Source of the DNA: Desulfobacterales bacterium
Lineage (GTDB): Bacteria; Desulfobacterota; Desulfobacteria; Desulfobacterales; JAFDDL01
Direction of reading: 5' to 3'
NCBI GenBank assembly: GCA_963677545.2
Contig: CAXXKH010000048.1
Coordinates: forward strand, 11,048 to 75,047
DNA: 64,000 bases
Shown: piece by piece, positions 21,220 through 32,229 of the stretch
How positions within the stretch are numbered: the first letter of the stretch is position 1
How the letters are laid out: each line of letters starts with the position of its first letter
The notes under the pieces: model-generated
The model's input: only the letters and a program-made list of their open reading frames with translations
What the model was told of the DNA's origin: nothing
The model's database searches: none
Position numbers and translations under genes: made by a program

Positions 21220-21241
21220 GGAAAACGTTTTGAAAATGGCT
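21220..21241. repeat. Solo end of the miniature inverted-repeat element (copy E)
   Basis: GGAAAACGTTTTGAAAATGGCT, identical to the right end of copy C. Confidence 0.7.
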
Positions 21242-22332
21242 CAGTTGCTTTTCTTTTTGCATACAAGCAACGAATGACTGAGACCAAGGGCGCGATGTTC
21301 CGACACCAGCGTAAGCCCCGCCTGATCGATGAGCCGCAACATGGTTTTACCGTCGTACATGCGGCTGTTGCCGTTGGCAAGGCAGGTGAAATAGAGAGAG
21401 GTCATGATGAGGCAATAGGCGCCGACCTCCAGCGGCTGATGATCCCAGAAGGTGTCCATGATAAACACGGTTCCATCCGGATTCAGGGCCTCCCGGACCC
21501 GTGTGAGGATGCTCACGATCTCGGCTTCCGAAAAACAGCAGAGGAACTGGCTCATCCAGGCGGCATCCCGGTTTTCAGGGAGCACGGATGCATCATCGAG
21601 TAAATCGACGGGAAAAAAATCGATCCGGCCGGATTGGCCGGCGCCACCGACATTTTCAGCCGCGACTGCCACCTGCTCTGGAAGATCAACCACCGTAACC
21701 TGAACCTCCCTGTCGTATTCGGCACACCGCAAAGACCACTTTCCGGTGTTTCCGCCGATATCCAGAAGCGTTCGCGGCCTGTTTTCCCCGGAAAAAACGA
21801 TCTCTAGCGCTTCGGAAAAAGCGGAATCCGAATAGTAGTGATCGAACGCGAACCAGCTGCTGCGTGCCGGTTCCGGCAGACTGGTCAGCGCCCTGTAGAT
21901 GGTGGGCCATTCGCCGAAAACCTTGAGCCCGGAAGGTTTTCCCCGGTCGATGGCCTCTTCGAGATGGAACATGGCCTGATAGCAGACATCATGGGAAAAA
22001 TCAAAGTTGATCTGGGTGGTTTTATCGCGAAGGATAATATAGCCGATTTTGTTCAGCCGGTATTTGTCCCCGTTTTTTTTCACCACATTTTCCGCAAGCC
22101 CCGCCTCCAGAAGCACCGTGAGACCGTAACGGCTGACGCCGGTCTCCTCCGCCAGAGCGTCGATGCCGCTGCCGCCCTGTAAGGAAGTCTTTTCAAGGGC
22201 TTCCAAAACCCCCTTTTTCCAAAGCAGGCGAACGGCCTGAAAAGCGATGGGCGCCATGGCAAGTCTGTTTGCGTCCCATGAAGCGTCGGCAACCCCCTGA
22301 TGTGGATTCTCCGAAAAAAGTTCCTTTGTCAT
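21241..22332 (-). CDS. Class I SAM-dependent O-methyltransferase (family 2), type found in aryl-polyene/dialkylresorcinol clusters
   Basis: LAMAPIAFQ, FDHYYSD, LLDIGGNTGKW, WMSQFLCCFSE, YFTCLANGNSRMY. Confidence 0.85.
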   Translation of the reverse strand: MTKELFSENPHQGVADASWDANRLAMAPIAFQAVRLLWKKGVLEALEKTSLQGGSGIDALAEETGVSRYGLTVLLEAGLAENVVKKNGDKYRLNKIGYIILRDKTTQINFDFSHDVCYQAMFHLEEAIDRGKPSGLKVFGEWPTIYRALTSLPEPARSSWFAFDHYYSDSAFSEALEIVFSGENRPRTLLDIGGNTGKWSLRCAEYDREVQVTVVDLPEQVAVAAENVGGAGQSGRIDFFPVDLLDDASVLPENRDAAWMSQFLCCFSEAEIVSILTRVREALNPDGTVFIMDTFWDHQPLEVGAYCLIMTSLYFTCLANGNSRMYDGKTMLRLIDQAGLTLVSEHRALGLSHSLLVCKKKSN

Positions 22333-22367
22333 ACAATCCCTCTCCATTTAAAAATCAATGCGCCGGT

Positions 22368-23282
22368 CTAACGCGCCTGGATTTCCGCGATGCGTTTTCC
22401 GATCGAGCGCCGGCGAAAAGTGTTGACGGTCTTAAGAAGCAGGTTGACCACCGGAAAAACCAGATAGAGCATAATTATCAGATAGCATTTGAAGAGCCGT
22501 ATTCTGCCAAGCCTGGCGGGGTCGCCCGGGACTCCTTTGGCCCGGATGAACCGGGCCCAGAACCCAAAAACGAATTTGATCCGCTCTTCCAGGATCGCCA
22601 ACTCCGGATTGACCTTCACGGCCCCGGCATTGACGAGCGCTTCCCGAAGCCCGTCGAACCGCCCTGAGCTAAGCGCCGTACCGATAATGGGGGTAAAGCG
22701 GGCGGCCCGCCGAAGCTCCGCTTCCGATATTCCCGCCGGGGGGAATATCCATAGAAACCGATCTCTCTTCCCCGTCATCATCCATCGGACAATGGTAACG
22801 GCGCTCAGCATATTCGCCGCCGGATCGCACAGGCTGATGTTGCCCACCGGATGCCCCCCCGCCGATTCGATAAGCCCGAGAAGCTCTTTATGGGCGCGAA
22901 CCCACATATTCCGGCTTCCGCCCACCGTCAGGACCGGTTTCCCCGATAACAGCGTTCGGGCCGCCGGATCGCTGAAAAAGGCACGCAGGGGAAGGGAAGG
23001 GGATAAATACCAGGGTTGATAGGCGATGAGGATCAAATCGAAATGCGCGCCCGGATCCACCGGCACCGGCTCGATGTCACATGGAATCCCTAGAACCGAT
23101 TCCGGCATGACATCCAGAAAACGGTTCACCTGCCAGGGAAAAGAAAACCCTTCCTTCGGTTTCAATGCCCTGTATGTAACCTCGACATCGTTTTCGGCCG
23201 CAAGCGGCTGGACGACGGCGTCAATGACGTTTCGAAGCTGACCGGTTTGTGAAAAATAAATCGCAAGTATCTTTTTTTTCAT
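22368..23282 (-). CDS. darA: Dialkylresorcinol condensing enzyme DarA-like
   Basis: YFSQTGQL, FPW, YQPWYLSPSLP, RNMW, SAVTIVRWM, PPAGIS motifs. Confidence 0.8.
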   Translation of the reverse strand: MKKKILAIYFSQTGQLRNVIDAVVQPLAAENDVEVTYRALKPKEGFSFPWQVNRFLDVMPESVLGIPCDIEPVPVDPGAHFDLILIAYQPWYLSPSLPLRAFFSDPAARTLLSGKPVLTVGGSRNMWVRAHKELLGLIESAGGHPVGNISLCDPAANMLSAVTIVRWMMTGKRDRFLWIFPPAGISEAELRRAARFTPIIGTALSSGRFDGLREALVNAGAVKVNPELAILEERIKFVFGFWARFIRAKGVPGDPARLGRIRLFKCYLIIMLYLVFPVVNLLLKTVNTFRRRSIGKRIAEIQAR

Positions 23283-23322
23283 GAACACCACTTCACTGCA
23301 ATAAGAAACTTATTATATTCCT

Positions 23323-23706
23323 TCAAGAATTGATGATGGTGATTGGGAAAGCTGCGAGTTGGTTATCAACCGAGGCAAGCGGTATATCTTCGATTTTGGC
23401 TTGGGCGGTAAGCATTCGATCGAAAGGATCACAATGCGAAATATCCCAAGACCCCGCCAGTTGGGCATGTTCATGTGTGATGGAAAGAGATTTAAATCCC
23501 GCCCTTAATATCCATTCCGATACATTTTTTGCAACCATGCCAGCTTCAGGAAGCTTTCCGATTCTGAATTTGGTGGCTATTTCCCAGACGGATGCGCTAC
23601 TCACATAGGCGTCATTGTTCCTGTTTTTCAAATAATCACTAATTCCGAAAGGCAATTTAGGATCATTAAACAACCACCACAAAAAAATATGTGTATCCAG
23701 AAGCAT
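23323..23706 (-). CDS. vapC: Type II toxin, PIN domain (VapC family)
   Basis: LLDTHIFLW, SSASVWEI, DPFDRML. Confidence 0.9.
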   Translation of the reverse strand: MLLDTHIFLWWLFNDPKLPFGISDYLKNRNNDAYVSSASVWEIATKFRIGKLPEAGMVAKNVSEWILRAGFKSLSITHEHAQLAGSWDISHCDPFDRMLTAQAKIEDIPLASVDNQLAAFPITIINS

Positions 23707-23708
23707 CG

Positions 23709-23933
23709 CTATAATTCCCAACCAGTCATCTCGTCTTCCGGCAACGGTTCAAAAAATGAATCCGTCACGGCGCCTTTTGCAATCCCCGGCATTCGCTCTT
23801 TCACAGGAGCAAGCGGGACAAGCTTGGCATATGGTTTGCCCGCTTTCCCGATGACAATTTCTTCTCCGGTATGAGCACGTTCTAACAATTTCGAAAAATG
23901 TGTTTTGGCGTCATGAACATTAACAATAAGCAT
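23709..23933 (-). CDS. Type II antitoxin, Phd/YefM family
   Basis: VNVHDAKTHFSKLL...GEEIVI.KAGKP.AKLVP; direct repeat GTTAGTC twice at 23954-23973 upstream (possible operator). Confidence 0.88.
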   Translation of the reverse strand: MLIVNVHDAKTHFSKLLERAHTGEEIVIGKAGKPYAKLVPLAPVKERMPGIAKGAVTDSFFEPLPEDEMTGWEL

Positions 23934-24094
23934 AATAGCCAACCCTCTTTATGGTTAGTCAACAAAGTTAGTCTATATCAAGACAAACAAAAACGCAATC
24001 TTTTAAAAAAAATGTTTTATCCAAGTGTTACTAATAGTTAAGCAATCAGGGTCAAGGAATGGCGGGCTTCACCCTTTTTTAAATAATCCGATTT

Positions 24095-24354
24095 TTAATA
24101 ACAACCTGTGTCCGGGTTGCCCGCCCTGGTAACCTTTCCGGTCTCTTTATTTTTCCAGTAACCCCGGTGCGGAAGCGCCCAGTTGAATGTATTCGCTCCC
24201 GGGCGCGGGCAGTCATTCACGCAGCTCCCGCAATACCAGCACTCTTCGGGATGCAGGATGATCGGGGGGGTCCTTTCTCTGAATTCGGAATATATACATC
24301 TATCGGACATATCTCGACACAATGGTTGCATCCATTGCAGATATCCGGATCCAC
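24095..24354 (-). pseudogene. 2x[4Fe-4S] ferredoxin (AprB-like) remnant, frameshifted and 5' truncated
   Basis: DICNGCNHCVEICP in one frame, EECWYCGSCVNDCP in the next; shift in the G7 run at 24264-24270; stop just upstream. Confidence 0.7.
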
Positions 24355-24391
24355 GGGACCTTATCGATACATTTCCTTCCATTCTCCATCA

Positions 24392-24720
24392 TCACCTGCA
24401 GTACAGCGTATCGAATTCACCGCCCGTAAAAAAATTGACCAGTATCGCGGCGGTTGTATTCTTCGCCTGTTTTACTATCCTTGGGGCATGGATTCGCATT
24501 CGGTAATTTTCCGGTTCGCCTGTCCTCATTTCTGAAGGATTCATAGTGCCCTTCGTTGCGAAGAGGAATGTGGAAAGCCAGTACAATCAGATGGTCCCTG
24601 GAAACAAATTTGAGATCGTTTTCGATGAATTTGAACTGGTCTTCACGCAGACCGCCCCGGGAACCCCTTTTTCATCCGGATCCTTTATCCCGTTTTTGTT
24701 GAGATCTTCATAATAAGTCA
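24392..24720 (-). pseudogene. Collapsed remnant of a calcineurin-like metallophosphoesterase
   Basis: Three abutting fragments: YYEDLNKNGIKDPDEKGVPG (N-terminal), GGLREDQFKFIENDLKFV...LAFHIPL (middle), YRMRIHAPRIV...VNFFTG (C-terminal). Confidence 0.6.
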
Positions 24721-24746
24721 CCTGCTTAACGGAGTGCCATTTATTG

Positions 24747-25364
24747 TTATCCAATCATCACCAGCCCGGCGAGCCACGACATGGATTCGCCGTCACCGGT
24801 CGTTTTCATGCCGCCGAACTCGGACGGCCATCCGCATTTTTTCATGAGGTCAAGCACATCGATGCCGAAACCGGACATGGACGGTCGGGCATGTTCCGGG
24901 TGGCGGCAGAGTCCGCCGGACAGCCTGCGGCATTCGGAATGCTCCCGGCAGAAAATGCCTTTGCAGGACCCGCCCGCAAAAGCCCTTGAATCCGTATATC
25001 CCATGCCGACGGCGTAGGCCTCGATGCCGGAAGTCAATTCGTGTAGAAACCGTCCCAAGTCCTGTCTTTCAGCCGAGAAAAGCGCCGACAGGGGGACCAC
25101 CAGACGAACAGCCACGGCCCATGGCAGCTGTTTTTGAAGCTCCCTGAAACCAGAAGGACCCGATACCTGGGGTGGACAGCTATGCGAAAAACCGTAGCTC
25201 GGGCAGGCGGCGCACAATTTTGCAAATTTCTCTTCCACCAGGATATCAGAAGCTGCAATTGCACGGGCGTCGCTTGCGCCTTCTGAGAATGCAAACCTTA
25301 CGATATCGTAAAGGTGGAACGATGGGATAGTATCGTCTGTTTTCGTTTCTTGAATAATGGTCAT
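24747..25364 (-). CDS. DUF2284 family Cys-rich metal-binding protein
   Basis: CAACPSYG..SCPP, AGGSCK..FC....C, CRHP..ARPSMSGFGIDV. Confidence 0.85.
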   Translation of the reverse strand: MTIIQETKTDDTIPSFHLYDIVRFAFSEGASDARAIAASDILVEEKFAKLCAACPSYGFSHSCPPQVSGPSGFRELQKQLPWAVAVRLVVPLSALFSAERQDLGRFLHELTSGIEAYAVGMGYTDSRAFAGGSCKGIFCREHSECRRLSGGLCRHPEHARPSMSGFGIDVLDLMKKCGWPSEFGGMKTTGDGESMSWLAGLVMIG

Positions 25365-25381
25365 CACTGTATATTCTTTAA

Positions 25382-27211
25382 TCAAATTTGGATGCTGATG
25401 CCCAGCACCCAGGTCAAGGGCGGCGCCAGAAGGCCGTCAGCCCAGTAGTAGGTCTCATCCGTAAGGTTTTCGATCTCGCTGAAAACACTGAACCGACCGA
25501 AAGACTGTTCGGCCCTGAGATCCACCAGGATATAGTCCGGAACGGATCGTGTATTGCTCCTGTTTCGGTAGACCTCGGAGGAATATTTCCCGCCTGCCAC
25601 CAGGGAGAGGCTCGTCGTCGGCTGCCAGTAGATATCCAGATCAACAATATGTTCCGCTTTGCCCGGCAGAGTCAGCCCGGTATCCCGGTCTTCAGCTTTC
25701 ATATAAGTGTAGGACGATTTGATCTTGAATGTTTTTTGCAGCTGCCAGCTCACGGCGACATCACCCCCGACATAACGCACATTCCCGAAATTATGGTATT
25801 CCCCCATACCGTCATCCGCGGTGATATAGGTAATACGGTCCATGAGCTTGTTATAGAAAAAAGAGAAGCTGAGGGACAGGTCGGGATGGGGGATAGTAAA
25901 AAGCGAGAGGCTCATATTTTCAGCCTGTTCCATGTCGAGGTCCGGGTTCGGACGTGTGGAGCTGGTTTCGTTATAACGCTGGTAAAATGACGGCAGATTG
26001 TCGGTGCGACCATATGCGGCGGCAACACGCCACTTCTCCTTTTTATACACCACTTTTACTTCCGGATTCAGACTGTTATCGAAACTGGAGTGGTAGTTTC
26101 CCCGGAGTCCGGCTGATAGAGTCAGGGGATACCGGGAAAAGGTCCAGGATTGGGTGGCAAACAGGGAAATTGAATGCTCCGCCTGGTCTTCGAATCCGGT
26201 ACCCATGGCCCGGTCCCAGGTGAATGAAATTCCGGCGTCGAGATCCTCTTTGCCGGTGATATTGAGGGCGCCGGTAATATCCTGGCCGAACTTATAAACT
26301 TTCAAGGTTTTATCAAGCTCCCTGCTTGGGTCCGTATTGTGCCGGTATCCGTCATTGTAGTGGGTGCTGCTTGCGAAGTCTAGAATGTTCGCCTGGAGTG
26401 CATAAACGGTGCTTCGAGTCTCTTTCCGGGAATAAGGTGTCGGGTAATCCGGCAGGCCGCTGGAACCCCGTTCGTCCCGCAAATAATCGACGGAAAAGAG
26501 GACGGGGGAGTTCCCTTCCGGCGTATAGCTCAATTTCACTCCGGCCTGACTGCGTTCCTTGTCGTTGTTTATTTTGTAGCCGTCGGAGGATTCATATCCG
26601 CCGTTCACGCCGATGATAAACCGACCAGCGGCAACATTTACGGACGCCGCTGCATCCCGGGTGCCATAATTGCCGCCATAGACCTTGGCATTTCCGGAGA
26701 AACGTCGAAGCGTCCGGGTGGTAATAAGGATAACCCCGCCGGCGGCGTCCTGTCCATAGACAAGCCCACCCTTTCCCCGAAGCACCTCGATGGTTTCAAC
26801 ATCATCCGGGGAAACGAAATCCCAGTTGATGCCCCCATGGCTGGAGGTGGGGTCGTTGATGGGGCGGCCGTCCACGAAGACCTTCACTTTAGTAGACCCG
26901 TGAATACTCACGGAACTGTCGCCGGCCTTGACACCAGGCACGTTATTCAGGACGTCCCCGATTTTCAGGGCCTTCACGTCGCGGATTTCTTGCGCGGTCA
27001 GAACGATGGTGTCCCCCTCATCGGCGGCATATGCCGCAAGGGGAATTATCAGAGTAAACGTGAGGAGCAGTAAAATTGTGAAAATGGCAACACAGCCAAT
27101 TTCAAAACGTCCTATTTTGACAAATTTCCAGTCGGTCGATCCGCCTTGGGCTTGGTCCCGATTTTGGCGGGAAAAATGTTTTGAAAATGGCTCAGCAGGT
27201 TTTTCTTCCAT
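25382..27211 (-). CDS. TonB-dependent receptor (plug + barrel) with in-frame repeat insertion in its signal peptide
   Basis: VLNNVPGV, VDGRPIN, IEVLRG...YG..AAGGVI plug motifs; NPDL; beta-barrel-like C-terminus. Confidence 0.88.
   Translation of the reverse strand: MEEKPAEPFSKHFSRQNRDQAQGGSTDWKFVKIGRFEIGCVAIFTILLLLTFTLIIPLAAYAADEGDTIVLTAQEIRDVKALKIGDVLNNVPGVKAGDSSVSIHGSTKVKVFVDGRPINDPTSSHGGINWDFVSPDDVETIEVLRGKGGLVYGQDAAGGVILITTRTLRRFSGNAKVYGGNYGTRDAAASVNVAAGRFIIGVNGGYESSDGYKINNDKERSQAGVKLSYTPEGNSPVLFSVDYLRDERGSSGLPDYPTPYSRKETRSTVYALQANILDFASSTHYNDGYRHNTDPSRELDKTLKVYKFGQDITGALNITGKEDLDAGISFTWDRAMGTGFEDQAEHSISLFATQSWTFSRYPLTLSAGLRGNYHSSFDNSLNPEVKVVYKKEKWRVAAAYGRTDNLPSFYQRYNETSSTRPNPDLDMEQAENMSLSLFTIPHPDLSLSFSFFYNKLMDRITYITADDGMGEYHNFGNVRYVGGDVAVSWQLQKTFKIKSSYTYMKAEDRDTGLTLPGKAEHIVDLDIYWQPTTSLSLVAGGKYSSEVYRNRSNTRSVPDYILVDLRAEQSFGRFSVFSEIENLTDETYYWADGLLAPPLTWVLGISIQI
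27094..27192. repeat. Miniature inverted-repeat element, copy B (99 bp), in frame within TonB receptor 5' end
   Basis: AGCCAATTTCAAAACG...TGTTTTGAAAATGGCT; 99 bp = 33 codons with no stop on the - strand. Confidence 0.88.
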
Positions 27212-27269
27212 ATAATGTCTGCTTTCTTGCGAAGTGTTCCGGTTTTATGAGTGTCCTCGATATTTATTT

Positions 27270-27611
27270 CAAAGGTGACGCCGGATCGAACCACATCAGA
27301 GATTCGCTCAGATTGACCACCTCTCCGACAACAATGATGGCCGGTGGTTTGACGCCTACCATGCGGGCTTTTTAAACGATGTTCCCAGATTGCCGATCAC
27401 CACGACTTGTCTGTGGGTGGTTCCCTATCGGATAAGGGCAACGGGGGTTTCGGCCGGTTTCCAATGGCCGTCAGATTCCGTATGATTCGGGAAGCTTTTT
27501 CACCCCCATGAAAATGACCTGGGACGATTCAATGCATTTCAGCCCTTTGACGGTGATCAATCCCGGATTGCCGGGACCGGCCCCCACGAGATAGACTTTG
27601 CCACGGTTCAT
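27270..27611 (-). pseudogene. Uroporphyrinogen-III C-methyltransferase (CobA/CysG-A) remnant
   Basis: [23 protein letters not shown] joined to VIFMGV...TPVALIR*GTT...PPAIIVVGEVV; large internal deletion, stops and frameshifts. Confidence 0.8.
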
Positions 27612-30600
27612 GTAATCTTTTCTCCTTCATCGGTCGCCTCTTCGATATCCCCCTCCACAGAAAGGAACGCATCCCGGAGTTTTTCCTCCATGTCGGGATC
27701 GGCGTTCCACATCCCCCGGCTGATGGCCTCCAGGAGTTTATCGAGTATATTGTGCATGGCATAGGGATTGACCTCTTTCATCCACTCTTGCATTTCCCTA
27801 TTCAGAGGCACCTTTTCGGCAAACCGCCGGTACATCCAGTCATCCACCACATTCGCCGTGGCATCCCAGCCAAGGATGATGTCCATGGCCTTTGAAATGT
27901 CTCCCGCGCCTTTGTAGCCGTGGCGTTTGAGGCCTTCCAGCCAGGTCGGATTGAGAAGACGGGAGCGGAAGACATGCCGGGCTTCTTCGGTGGTGGTGCG
28001 GACCTTCACCTGGTCGGGGTCCGCCGAATCCCCCGACAGGGAGAAGGGGCGTTTGCCCTGAACCGCGTGAACCGCCGTGATGAGGCCGCCGTGGTAGTTA
28101 TAGAAATCAGTACAGGCCATCATATCCTTTTCGCGGGTGTCCTCGTTTTTCACCGTGACCGACATGCGGGAGAGGGTGCGGCGAAAGTGCTTCTCTGCGG
28201 CCTGCCCGAATGTGTTCCGGCCGTAGGCATAGGAAGACCACTGAATGTACATGTTTCCCAGATCGTCGGTGGTCTCCCAGGCCTTGGATTCCACGAGTTG
28301 CGCCACCCCGGCGCCGTAGCTTCCCGGTGGCGATCCGAAGATGCGGAAGGTAGCCTGGCGGAAAGCATCGTCTTCATTCAGACCGTCATTTTTCAGATCC
28401 CGCATGTCCCGGAATACATGACGGCGGATGAAATTGGTTTCGGGTTTTTCTTCCAGCATCGCCACCATTTGTACTGCCCGGTCGATGAGGTCCATCAGGA
28501 GGGGAAAGGCGTCCCGGAAGATACCGGAGACCCGCGGGGTAACGTCGATACGGGGTCTTCCCAGCTCCGCGGCGGGAATAATCTCGACCCCCCGGACATT
28601 GCCGGAGCCTTTCTGCCATATCGGTTTGGCTCCCAGGAGATAAAGTGTTTCCGCCACGTCGTCCCCCTTGGAGCGCATGGTGGGGCTGGCCCAGAGAATC
28701 AGTCCCACATTGTCAGGATAACTTCCGTGTTCCGAAAGATACCGTTCGATCAGAGCATCCCCCAGCTTTTTTCCCACCTCCCAGGCTGCCGGCGTCGGAA
28801 TTTTCTGGGGATCCACGGAGAAAAAATTCCTTCCGGTGGGAAGAATATGGGCCTGGCCCCGGCTGGGGGCGCCGGAGGGGCCGGGCCGGACGAAACGACC
28901 GTCCAGGGCGGAGAGACAGGCGGCTTGCTCTTCCACGGTTTGCTGAAGCCTGTGGACCAGATCATCCTCGATAAAGGTAAGGGCCGCTGTGCAGTCCGGG
29001 TCGGTTTTTCCCAGGTGACGCTGCTGTACCGCCGCCACCGGATTTTCTTCCGGTGGTGTTAGCAGCAGATCCGAGACCATGGCCTCGCAGAGGGTGTGGG
29101 CTCTTTCAAGCATCTGACCCGCAGTCGTTGTTGTCGATGCTTCGACGATACGACCCCGGTTTTCCGAAAGGGCGTGAACATCATGCCCCATGGTTTTCAC
29201 CACGGCCCCCCGCAGGGAGGGGATATCCCCGTTTGCCAGCCGCGTCATCTGCACCACGGTCCGTGCCATAGACTCCCCCGCGGGTGCACGCCCCAGAATG
29301 TGCAGCCCGTCAGAGATCATGGTGTCGCCGATGTCGCTCAAATAGTCGTGGAGGGTTTCGATGAAGGATTCCGGATCCGCCAGGGCGGCCTCTTTTTCAA
29401 GTTCCAGGTCCTGGACAATTTCGGCCTTCTCCGCCGCCTCCCAGATCATCCTGATCAGAAGCTCCCGTTTGCCCTGGTCCTGGGTAAGGGCTTCCCGGTA
29501 TTCCTGGAGGCGGTTTTCCACCTCGGCCAGGTCTTCGTACAGGCCCGCATTGGTGAGGGGCGGCGGCATGTGGTCGATGATGCAGGCGAAGGAGCGCCGT
29601 TTGGCCTGGGTCCCTTCGCCGGGATCGTTGATGATGTAGGGGTAGATATTGGGGAGTTCCATGATGGCCAGGTCCGGATAACATTCCGGACCGAGGCCCA
29701 CGGCCTTTCCCGGAAGCCATTCCAGGCTGCCGTGCTTGCCCACATGGATCACGGCATCCGCCCCGAACACATCCCGGATCCACCGGTAGTGGGCGAGATA
29801 ATGGTGGGGAGGCGACAGGTGCTGGTCATGGTAGAGCTTATCCAGCTGTTCGAAATAGCCCCGGGGGGGCTGAATGGTGATGAAGAGATTGCCGTTCAGA
29901 AGTCCGGGAAAGAGAAGACGGCCCTCGTGCACGAAGAGATCGCCGGGCATTTCGCCCCAATCTTCTTTCATTTTCTTTTGGATCGTTTCCGGAAGTTCTT
30001 CTTCCCATGGTTCGTACTCCTCCGCCTCCGCGGTCGCCCGGGTCCTTTCGGCCATCTGCTCGGGAAGGAGCCAGCGTCGGTCCGTGGTCATGCACGCCAG
30101 TATCGCATGGGCCAGATCATCGCCGCTTTCATACAGTCCGTCCACACGATACCCCTTTTCGGACATGACCCGGACGAGATCCGCCACGCTGGCAAAGGAG
30201 TCCAGCCCCGAAGCACAGCCGATGCGATCATTCCGGGGAGGATAGTGATGAAAGATGATGGCGATTTTCTTTTCGACGTTCCGTTTCCGCGAAAGGGCAG
30301 CCCAGTTAAGGGCCAGCCGGACCATTTTCTCCATCCGTTCCGGAATGGGAACATACCGGTTCACCGCCGCTCCGGTGACCGGGTCCATGGAGACGCACTG
30401 CTTGGATGCCACCGGCACCGAGATAATGACGCCGTCCAGCTCCGGCTGGGCCACGGAGATGGTGATATCCACATTATTCAGTCCCTGGTCGCTCTCCTCC
30501 CACTCTTCAATGCTTCTTCCGGTGGAAATAGCCTGGATCACCGGCACCCTCAACTTTTCAAGCAGCCCCTTGTACTCCTTAGCCGCGGCCGCCAGGCTGA

Positions 30601-31408
30601 ACATTACCGGGTTGAGCAGTACGTCAATGACCGGTTTGCCGTCTTCCATGAAAAACCGCTCCACCACATAGTCGGCGCCCCGGTTGCCCAGCAGAGTGTC
30701 TTTGAAACGCATGTGGAACACACAAATGACGTTGGCGCCCTGCCGTTCAACTTCCCGGACCATGGCGTCGATATGGTCCTTGTTATTGCTGGTCCAGAAA
30801 TTCTGGTAGAACCAGATCCCCACCGTGGGCTTGTCACGCGAAAGACGGCCGCGGTAAGCATCGGGATCTTCGATAAAACCGTGATCCGGGTGGTAGAGCC
30901 CTTCGTAGGGCGGTTTGACCGGCGGCTTCGGAAGTATTGGACCATCAAGAACACGGTGGTAAAAATATATGAGGAGATTTTTCAGGTTTTCCACGCCACC
31001 GTAGCGGTAGTAGCGGCTCAGGATCTGCCAGGTATCGTCCGCGAGGCCGTCGGAGTGCTGTTCCACGAACCGCATGGATTCCGGGTTGCTGCCGGTGGGC
31101 TGGATATGGAAATAGGGGCATGTTTCGTTCCGGTTGCGTTTTTCCGCAAGGGCCGCAATCAGTGCCTCCCACGCGGGGCAGGACTGGCTCCCGGCCATGA
31201 GGGTAACCACCAGCACATCCGCGGCAAGGGCGCAGGCCACGAACGCGGCCTGGCTTCCCGGGTTCTCTTCCAGCTGGGTGCGGGTTCGGGCATAAATCGT
31301 GAGGGGGGAGACGTCCTCCGTAAAGAGACGGGCCGCTTCGCTCAGATTCGGGATTTCGTTCGATGTAACGCTGAAATAGACAAGCTTCATTTTCATCTCT
31401 TCTCCCAT
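27608..31408 (-). CDS. cobN: CobN/magnesium-chelatase-H family large subunit
   Basis: [50 protein letters not shown]...HGYKGA. Confidence 0.93.
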   Translation of the reverse strand: MGEEMKMKLVYFSVTSNEIPNLSEAARLFTEDVSPLTIYARTRTQLEENPGSQAAFVACALAADVLVVTLMAGSQSCPAWEALIAALAEKRNRNETCPYFHIQPTGSNPESMRFVEQHSDGLADDTWQILSRYYRYGGVENLKNLLIYFYHRVLDGPILPKPPVKPPYEGLYHPDHGFIEDPDAYRGRLSRDKPTVGIWFYQNFWTSNNKDHIDAMVREVERQGANVICVFHMRFKDTLLGNRGADYVVERFFMEDGKPVIDVLLNPVMFSLAAAAKEYKGLLEKLRVPVIQAISTGRSIEEWEESDQGLNNVDITISVAQPELDGVIISVPVASKQCVSMDPVTGAAVNRYVPIPERMEKMVRLALNWAALSRKRNVEKKIAIIFHHYPPRNDRIGCASGLDSFASVADLVRVMSEKGYRVDGLYESGDDLAHAILACMTTDRRWLLPEQMAERTRATAEAEEYEPWEEELPETIQKKMKEDWGEMPGDLFVHEGRLLFPGLLNGNLFITIQPPRGYFEQLDKLYHDQHLSPPHHYLAHYRWIRDVFGADAVIHVGKHGSLEWLPGKAVGLGPECYPDLAIMELPNIYPYIINDPGEGTQAKRRSFACIIDHMPPPLTNAGLYEDLAEVENRLQEYREALTQDQGKRELLIRMIWEAAEKAEIVQDLELEKEAALADPESFIETLHDYLSDIGDTMISDGLHILGRAPAGESMARTVVQMTRLANGDIPSLRGAVVKTMGHDVHALSENRGRIVEASTTTTAGQMLERAHTLCEAMVSDLLLTPPEENPVAAVQQRHLGKTDPDCTAALTFIEDDLVHRLQQTVEEQAACLSALDGRFVRPGPSGAPSRGQAHILPTGRNFFSVDPQKIPTPAAWEVGKKLGDALIERYLSEHGSYPDNVGLILWASPTMRSKGDDVAETLYLLGAKPIWQKGSGNVRGVEIIPAAELGRPRIDVTPRVSGIFRDAFPLLMDLIDRAVQMVAMLEEKPETNFIRRHVFRDMRDLKNDGLNEDDAFRQATFRIFGSPPGSYGAGVAQLVESKAWETTDDLGNMYIQWSSYAYGRNTFGQAAEKHFRRTLSRMSVTVKNEDTREKDMMACTDFYNYHGGLITAVHAVQGKRPFSLSGDSADPDQVKVRTTTEEARHVFRSRLLNPTWLEGLKRHGYKGAGDISKAMDIILGWDATANVVDDWMYRRFAEKVPLNREMQEWMKEVNPYAMHNILDKLLEAISRGMWNADPDMEEKLRDAFLSVEGDIEEATDEGEKIT

Positions 31409-31414
31409 GGCGCG

Positions 31415-32218
31415 CTACCGTTCCTCCGCGATCCGCTGATGAAGACTTTCAATGGGAATGAAATAGGGACAGTCATGGATGGCATCCGTCCTGACATCCA
31501 CGCGGATACGGAATATTCGCTCTAAAAGCACCGGGGTGATGATTGCCGACGGGGGGCCGGTCTCCACAATCCTTCCGTCGCTGAGAGCCGCGATGGTGTG
31601 GGCATACCGGGCGGCCTGGTTGAGGTCATGCAGCACCATCACCGTGGCGATGCCGAGACTGCGGTTCAGTTCCCGGACAAGTTCCAGCACCTCGAACTGG
31701 TAGCAGATATCCAGGAAGGTGGTGGGCTCGTCCAGGAGAAGGATCTCGGGCTTACGGGCCAGGGCCAGGGCCAGCCAGGCCCGTTGCCGTTCCCCGCCGG
31801 AGAGGGAGGACATCATGCGCTCCCGAAGGCCGGTGAGCCGGGTTCGGGAAAGGGCTTCGTCCACGATACCCCAGTCCCCTTTTCTCATGCGACCGTTCCA
31901 TTTCAGATGGGGATTCCGACCGTACCCCACCAGGTCCCGAACCGTAAAATCCGGCGGCGCCGATGGGCTCTGGGGCAGAAAAGCCACCCGCCTCGCCAGG
32001 GCCTTTGGGGCGTACCGATGGACCGGTTTTCCGTCCAGGAGAACCGAACCGCCCCGGGGGCGCAAGGCGCCGGCAAGCCCCTTTAATATCGTCGATTTGC
32101 CGGAGCCGTTGGGACCGATAAGCACCAGGATTTCCCCGGGGTTCAGGGAAAGGGTCACGTCGTGAACCACCGGCGACTGTTTACCGTATCCCAACTGAAG
32201 ATGATCTGCCTTTAGCAT
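31415..32218 (-). CDS. ABC transporter ATP-binding protein (BtuD/FepC type)
   Basis: GPNGSGKST, LSGGERQR, LLLDEPT, VLHDLNQA. Confidence 0.95.
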   Translation of the reverse strand: MLKADHLQLGYGKQSPVVHDVTLSLNPGEILVLIGPNGSGKSTILKGLAGALRPRGGSVLLDGKPVHRYAPKALARRVAFLPQSPSAPPDFTVRDLVGYGRNPHLKWNGRMRKGDWGIVDEALSRTRLTGLRERMMSSLSGGERQRAWLALALARKPEILLLDEPTTFLDICYQFEVLELVRELNRSLGIATVMVLHDLNQAARYAHTIAALSDGRIVETGPPSAIITPVLLERIFRIRVDVRTDAIHDCPYFIPIESLHQRIAEER

Positions 32219-32229
32219 GAGATAGACTC

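Noticed and set aside
29096-31525. 809-aa + strand ORF, and similar long ORFs at 27920-29062, 35317-36210, 36334-37356, 33324-34268 and 47603-48607
   Set aside because: Antisense shadows of well-supported GC-rich genes; no recognisable motifs
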